NCBI GenBank assembly: GCA_016930515.1
Contig: JAFGGO010000013.1
Span: 1 to 21,871 of the forward strand
Reading direction: 5' to 3'
DNA from: Promethearchaeota archaeon
GTDB lineage: Archaea; Asgardarchaeota; Lokiarchaeia; Sigyniarchaeales; SOKP01
Length of the DNA: 21,871 nucleotides
Both the position numbers and the translations under genes were made by a program. Every line of letters begins with the position of its first letter. Positions within the stretch are counted from its first letter, which is position 1. The notes under the pieces are model-generated. The model was not told the DNA's origin. It did not search any database and saw only the letters and a program-made list of their open reading frames with translations. Below, piece by piece: positions 17,264-21,871 of this stretch.

Positions 17264-17887
17264 ATGTCTGCTGTAGATCCCGAAACTGCTGTTTATAATT
17301 TAATGCAACGCGACCCAAACATTATTGCTGTCGCCATTTTAAACTCGAGCAATAATATTATATATACTACCGACAACTGGGATGTGAGTGGCGATATTGG
17401 TAAAGTAATGTCAAGTTGGGCGTCTTTAAACGCTCAATTCATTATGATATCTGGAGTGAAATACTCGATGTTGGCTCAAACCATGGAAGGTTTTACAGCC
17501 ACATCGATTCGAGGGGAGGGACATATTATCGGAGCAAAGGATGACGAGCATAGGGTTATTGCGTATTTAGAGCCAGATGGATATATGCAAGGCGCCTCTA
17601 TGGATGTACAAAAATGCCTAGCAGATATGAGTAACAAAAAAAAGGCTGTTTCCGAGGATATTTCCACAAGGTCGAATGCTTCAGCAGCAATGGCGGGAGG
17701 CGGCAATAATTACGGGGCTAGCATCGATCCTCAATTAAAGGGGGAAATACAAGCATTTTTAGATTGGGTTAAAGATAGCGAGGGTCTTGCGGGATATATA
17801 AAATATTACATAGATCAAAACAACGGCCAAATTATGGCTGCAATGGCCCAAGTCTACAACGAATTAAGACAAATCTTTGGTGTATGA
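17264..17887 (+). CDS. Asgard profilin-like protein with C-terminal helical extension
   Basis: The N-terminal ~123 aa follow the Loki profilin pattern (AVAIL..IIYTTDNWDVS..ISGVKYSM..ATSIRGEGHII..IAYLEPDG). An Ala/Gly/Asn linker and a ~54-aa helical domain follow. AAGGA lies upstream of the ATG. Confidence 0.75.
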   Translation: MSAVDPETAVYNLMQRDPNIIAVAILNSSNNIIYTTDNWDVSGDIGKVMSSWASLNAQFIMISGVKYSMLAQTMEGFTATSIRGEGHIIGAKDDEHRVIAYLEPDGYMQGASMDVQKCLADMSNKKKAVSEDISTRSNASAAMAGGGNNYGASIDPQLKGEIQAFLDWVKDSEGLAGYIKYYIDQNNGQIMAAMAQVYNELRQIFGV

Positions 17888-18115
17888 ACTTTCATATTTT
17901 TATTTTATATTTCCAAATAGATTCTTAAATAACTCCTTTCTCCATAACTTCGCTCAAAATTTCTTCCCTAATAGGAATAGAAATAGTTTTAAAGATTTTC
18001 AAATTAAAATTATATCATTTTATACTATACATTAGATAACCTTTTAAGTAAAAAAATTTAATTCTATAAAACAAATACATATATTATCATTATGTAAATT
18101 AGTAGGGATATAATT

Positions 18116-18766
18116 ATGAGGTTAAATATATCAAAGGTTTGGAAGCTTACTGCGATAAACTGTGTGATTGTTATCATTAGCATAGTTCTTATGTTTCAAA
18201 ATATGATTTATCATCTAATATTAGGAGATCCATTATTATTAATAGTGTTTATCAGTCTATTAAGTGTTTTATTATTCAATATTATTCTTATTATTTTTGT
18301 CATTAAAACCGAAAATTTAATATTTGAACAGGTGAATTCAAGAGAAAGTAACAAATCCCTCATAAAGGATGAATTTAAAATACAAAAATTAAAAGAAATA
18401 AGTACTGATAACGAAAAAAAATATATGACAAAAGAAGATTTAGAGTTAGAAATACCAATAATTCCAGAGGCACCTAAGAAAAAAGAAAAAATTACCAAGG
18501 ACACTCAGGGATTATCGATGAATATCATAAACGAAATAAAGAAAATGGAATCAGACCAAGTTCAAGTCGTTTTAGTTAACTGCGATCGATGTAAAGGCGT
18601 CATTCCAGTACCTATTCCTAAGAAAGCAGTTCTAGAATCAGATTTACCCGTGGTTCCTATAAGTTATGTTCATTCTATGGGTAACGATAAGCATTGCATT
18701 ACGCTTCACCTTGATCACGATTTTGATATTCGTAGACAGAGAATATCCGAAGTAGTTCTTTCCTAA
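18116..18766 (+). CDS. Membrane protein (2 N-terminal TM helices) with C-terminal CxxC/His putative Zn-binding domain
   Basis: Two hydrophobic segments, a charged linker, then CDRC..IPVPIP..YVH..HCITLHLDHDFDIRR. Confidence 0.7.
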   Translation: MRLNISKVWKLTAINCVIVIISIVLMFQNMIYHLILGDPLLLIVFISLLSVLLFNIILIIFVIKTENLIFEQVNSRESNKSLIKDEFKIQKLKEISTDNEKKYMTKEDLELEIPIIPEAPKKKEKITKDTQGLSMNIINEIKKMESDQVQVVLVNCDRCKGVIPVPIPKKAVLESDLPVVPISYVHSMGNDKHCITLHLDHDFDIRRQRISEVVLS

Positions 18767-18825
18767 CAGGAGCGATTCGAGATTTTAACGATAAATTTTT
18801 AATTCTTATTAAATTATTGAATACT

Positions 18826-19893
18826 ATGAAAATAAATGTTGGCGTTATAGCCGCAAGCGGATATGCGGGGGGAGAAGCTGTCCGATTATTGAGTTATCAC
18901 CCTCATGTTAACTTGAATTATATAACATCCCGAAAGTTAATAACGAAATATTTTCACACAATATATCCTAATTTGAGAAATTTATCAAATTTGAAGTTCG
19001 AAGAATTCAATGTAAAGGTTGCCAAGGAAAAGTGTGATTTTGTTTTTCTAGCCGTACCGCACAGAGTATCTCAGGAAATGGTTCCTGAATTAATAGATGC
19101 AGGTCTTAAAATTATTGATCTTAGTGCGGATTTTAGATTGAAAGATGTATCTACCTATAAAAAATATTACAAGAAGGAACACACCCATCCAGAAATTCTT
19201 GAAAAGGCGGTATATGGAATCCCAGAACTCCATCGTGAGCAAATTAAAACGGCCCAATTAATAGCTGTTGCTGGTTGTCAAGCTTCAAGCGCAATTTATG
19301 GGTTATATCCCTTAATTAGTGAGGGATTAATAGAAACCAATAATATAATCGTTGATTCAAAAACGGGCTCTTCTGGTTCGGGAGCCAGTTTTAACGAGGC
19401 GTCTCATCATCCCATTCGAGCAAACAGCATCCGCCCATATAAAATGACGGGACATAGGCACACCGCAGAGATCGAACAAGAATTAACCAATTTAAATGGC
19501 GGTAAGCAAGTAAAAGTGGGCTTTTCAGCTCATGGTGTTAATTTAACGAGGGGGATTTTGTCTACTTGTCATGTATTTTACAATCAAAATAATACAATTG
19601 AAGAAAAGGATTTATTTAGAGCTTATAGAAAGTATTTTAAAGACGAACCCTTTTTGCGCTTAATTACTCAAAAATCGGGAATTTTTCGCTTACCAGACCC
19701 AAAATTGATTATAGGAACGAATTTTGCTGATGTGGGGTTTCAAATTGATGGAAACATGAATAGAATCGTTGTTTTATGTGCTTTAGACAATCTAATAAAA
19801 GGTACTGCGGGTAACGCAGTGCAATGTTTAAACATCATGAATGGTTTTCCAGAAACCGAAGGACTTGATTTTCCAGGAATTTTTCCTCTATAA
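18826..19893 (+). CDS. argC: ArgC/LysY semialdehyde dehydrogenase (N-acetyl-gamma-glutamyl-phosphate / LysW-carrier reductase)
   Basis: ASGYAGGE Rossmann motif, DLSADFRL, YGIPEL, catalytic AGC, GSSGSG, HRHTAEIEQEL, DNLIKGTAGNAVQ. ATG at 18826; TTG 18817 is in frame. Confidence 0.92.
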   Translation: MKINVGVIAASGYAGGEAVRLLSYHPHVNLNYITSRKLITKYFHTIYPNLRNLSNLKFEEFNVKVAKEKCDFVFLAVPHRVSQEMVPELIDAGLKIIDLSADFRLKDVSTYKKYYKKEHTHPEILEKAVYGIPELHREQIKTAQLIAVAGCQASSAIYGLYPLISEGLIETNNIIVDSKTGSSGSGASFNEASHHPIRANSIRPYKMTGHRHTAEIEQELTNLNGGKQVKVGFSAHGVNLTRGILSTCHVFYNQNNTIEEKDLFRAYRKYFKDEPFLRLITQKSGIFRLPDPKLIIGTNFADVGFQIDGNMNRIVVLCALDNLIKGTAGNAVQCLNIMNGFPETEGLDFPGIFPL

Positions 19894-19953
19894 AGCACAA
19901 TTCATATTTAATTCTTATTTATGAAAATTTATAAAGAATAAGAGAAATCTAAA

Positions 19954-20310
19954 ATGAAAAAAATCGTAGAAGAGAGCATAAACATTGATAAATATACTAT
20001 TAATATTGATGTATTTCAAATGCACAAAAGCCATTTAATGCTCATTTCTGACCAAGAAGATATGGGAATTGGAAATGTTACCTTGAGTAGCCCTCCAGTT
20101 GTAGAAGGTTTGAATTCTATTGCGGCTTCTTATAACTTATTTGGAATGAATGAAGGATTATTAAGCAAGATAATCGCAGAGAGAGCCTCTAAAATTTTAA
20201 AAACACCTGTTTTATTATTATTCTTTCTAAAAGAAGTTAAAAAGGAGGAAGATATTATGCAAGAATTAACCTCATCAGTCAATGATATTTTAGACAAGAT
20301 TAAAAAATAA
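19954..20310 (+). CDS. PAC4/PAC3-like proteasome assembly chaperone-fold protein
   Basis: 118 aa. The pattern strand-strand-GNVTLS..SYNLFG..SKIIAERASKILKTPVLL..helix resembles my recollection of PSMG4/PAC4. Pattern similarity only. Confidence 0.6.
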   Translation: MKKIVEESINIDKYTINIDVFQMHKSHLMLISDQEDMGIGNVTLSSPPVVEGLNSIAASYNLFGMNEGLLSKIIAERASKILKTPVLLLFFLKEVKKEEDIMQELTSSVNDILDKIKK

Positions 20311-20386
20311 AAACAAGTTTTAAAAAATTTGAGGTATAAATCCAAATATTAAGGACCGCTTATTTAATAGAGAAAAAACAATTTCT

Positions 20387-20917
20387 TTATTTTTTTTGAT
20401 TTGCGAAATATATTAACCATTTAGCCATGGCTTGAAAAGATTCTTGTATGTTAATATCTTGTTTAGCTGAGCAAAATACGCATTGATTGCATTTTGCTTG
20501 TGTGGCATATTCGTTAGCTAAATCAAAATCTACCTCGTGGTTTTCTAAATCCCATTTCATACCAAGGAGGATGATTGGAATAAAACCTGCTTTTTGTCTT
20601 ATAATTTTCAACCATTCTGGTACTTCCTTAAAGGTTTCATAGTCGGTGAGGTCAAAGCAGATGAATGCGCCACTCGCACCCTTGCAGTAATCGGGGAGTA
20701 ACTCACGAAAGCGTTTTTCTCCTGCAAAATCCCATAACTGCATTTTTACAGCTTCACCCGTATCAAGTACTTCAGATTTTGTGTGAAATCCCGCACCTAT
20801 GGTCATTTTATATCCTTCTTCAAATTTTCCCGTACAATAACGAGTAATCATCGCTGTTTTACCAACTCCACCTGCGCCTGCAACAATCACTTTAAATATC
20901 CACGAATTTTGCATCAA
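20387..20917 (-). CDS. Rab-like small GTPase (Ras superfamily)
   Basis: FKVIVAGAGGVGKT (G1), TIG (G2), LWDFAGE (G3), MKWD (G4 variant), CSAK (G5); no C-terminal prenylation Cys. Confidence 0.92.
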   Translation of the reverse strand: MMQNSWIFKVIVAGAGGVGKTAMITRYCTGKFEEGYKMTIGAGFHTKSEVLDTGEAVKMQLWDFAGEKRFRELLPDYCKGASGAFICFDLTDYETFKEVPEWLKIIRQKAGFIPIILLGMKWDLENHEVDFDLANEYATQAKCNQCVFCSAKQDINIQESFQAMAKWLIYFANQKK

Positions 20918-21050
20918 TATCCCAATATGTTATTTTTTATTCTATTAATTATATCTCGCTCTGAAAATTTATATTTTTTTTTTAAGGTAAAATAAAAAAG
21001 ATTTTTATAAGATTTTATTCTATTATTTGTTAGTACTCAATTTTAAAATA

Positions 21051-21058
21051 TTTAAATA
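21051..21058 (+). promoter_or_regulatory. Candidate TATA box for aIF1
   Basis: TTTAAATA about 30 nt upstream of the ATT at 21089; the AT-rich context limits confidence. Confidence 0.3.
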
Positions 21059-21088
21059 TCATAATAAGAAAGGTTGTGAAAAGAGCGT

Positions 21089-21415
21089 ATTAAAGACGAC
21101 GATATTTGCCCATTATGTAGTTTCCCAAAAGAACTATGTATTTGTGATAATTTAAGCGCCGACGAGCAACAAATTATTATTTCTAATGCCCGTCGTAAAT
21201 GGGGCCGTATTGTAACCGTTATTACATTTGACGGTAACATCGACGCTAATTTGAAAGATATTCTTACTGAAGCAAAAAAAAAATGTGCTTCAGGAGGAAC
21301 CGTTAGAGGAAACGAAGTCGAACTTCAGGGAGATCACAAGTTTAAGATGAAAAAGTTCTTAATCGACTTAGGATTTCCTGAAGAGAATATAATTATTCAA
21401 GAAGCAATGGATTGA
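21089..21415 (+). CDS. aif1: Translation initiation factor aIF1 (SUI1/YciH), probable ATT start; not in ORF track
   Basis: Frame reads (I/M)KDDDICPLCSFPKELCICDNLSADEQQIIISNARRKWGRIVTVI...KKKCASGGTVRGNEVELQGDHKFKMKKFLIDLGF...AMD*. In-frame TGA at 21077; the first canonical in-frame start is TTG 21251, mid-domain. Confidence 0.88.
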   Translation: MKDDDICPLCSFPKELCICDNLSADEQQIIISNARRKWGRIVTVITFDGNIDANLKDILTEAKKKCASGGTVRGNEVELQGDHKFKMKKFLIDLGFPEENIIIQEAMD

Positions 21416-21471
21416 TTTCATATTTTTCTTTTTTTTATTTTACATCCTAATAAAATACGGGTTATTTCCCC

Positions 21472-21871
21472 ATGAGTGCCTCAAATTATAAGGTTGTTTT
21501 TAGTGGAATGAAAGAATCAGATAGTGAACTTATGACCTTGACTTTTAGAGCAATACCATTGGACCATCAAATTGAAATTGCTCCTTCTTTCCTTCAAAAA
21601 ATAAAAGAGAAAAGTGAAGAAGGAAATAATATTATTCATTTTCGAAATATCAAAGATGTAATAAAACTTGGAAAGGATGAAAATTATAATACTTATGATG
21701 GTTTTTTTGTAGTGTTATATACTTTAAAAAAAGAAGAAAAAAAGGAAGGTTTTTTAATTGCAAAGTCTAAAAAAAAAGGCACATTATTAGTTGGTTATTG
21801 GCCTTTTAATTTAGAAATATTGGAATGGGTAAGAGAAAGTTTTAATGAGTTTTTAAACAGATTTATTGATA
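21472..21871 (+). CDS. Hypothetical protein (3'-truncated by window edge)
   Basis: ATG 21472 opens a frame with no stop to the window end (MSASNYKVVFSGMKES...GYWPFN...). Confidence 0.7.
   Translation, partial: MSASNYKVVFSGMKESDSELMTLTFRAIPLDHQIEIAPSFLQKIKEKSEEGNNIIHFRNIKDVIKLGKDENYNTYDGFFVVLYTLKKEEKKEGFLIAKSKKKGTLLVGYWPFNLEILEWVRESFNEFLNRFID

Noticed and set aside
76-20995. Many short alternative-frame ORFs in the track (e.g. 108-503, 11294-11635, 14677-15072, 17476-17706, 18211-18504)
   Set aside because: They overlap well-supported genes and have no motifs of their own.
21074-21079. TTG-TGA in frame with aIF1, read as start plus selenocysteine or readthrough
   Set aside because: Sec at codon 2 in a non-conserved tail is implausible and no SECIS was recognised; an ATT start or a 1-nt indel is simpler.
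21052-21240. 62-aa - strand ORF
   Set aside because: Antisense shadow of the aIF1 gene.

Overview
AT-rich, gene-dense archaeal chromosome segment. It is most consistent with an Asgard archaeon (Lokiarchaeia-like), inferred from a Loki-type profilin-fold gene, a Rab-like small GTPase, archaeal information-processing genes and a tRNA with a bulge-helix-bulge (BHB) intron. Contents in order: 5'-truncated Get3/ArsA ATPase; tRNA 2-thiolase NcsA/TtuA; site-2 protease; intron-containing initiator tRNA-Met; RPA2-like gene; aIF2-beta, DUF424, NMD3, RIO1 and Dim2/Pno1; a hypothetical gene behind FtsZ; a GT4 glycosyltransferase coupled to an atypical PLP decarboxylase; an Sws1/ZSWIM7-like SWIM protein; a THUMP-less ThiI-like enzyme with a YkgJ protein; a PAC2 protein with an HbYX tail; Rpo12 (missed by the ORF track); TFB; a Zn-finger protein; a profilin with an extra C-terminal domain; a membrane protein with a putative Zn-binding domain; ArgC/LysY; a PAC4-like protein; a Rab-like GTPase; aIF1/SUI1 (missed by the ORF track); and a 3'-truncated hypothetical gene. 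The most striking observation is that the otherwise intact aIF1/SUI1 start-codon-fidelity factor has no in-frame ATG/GTG/TTG before its conserved N-terminus and appears to start at ATT. This suggests an IF3/eIF1-style autoregulatory loop, though a 1-nt indel is not excluded. No mobile elements or CRISPR arrays were seen. All family calls come from motif recognition, not database searches.
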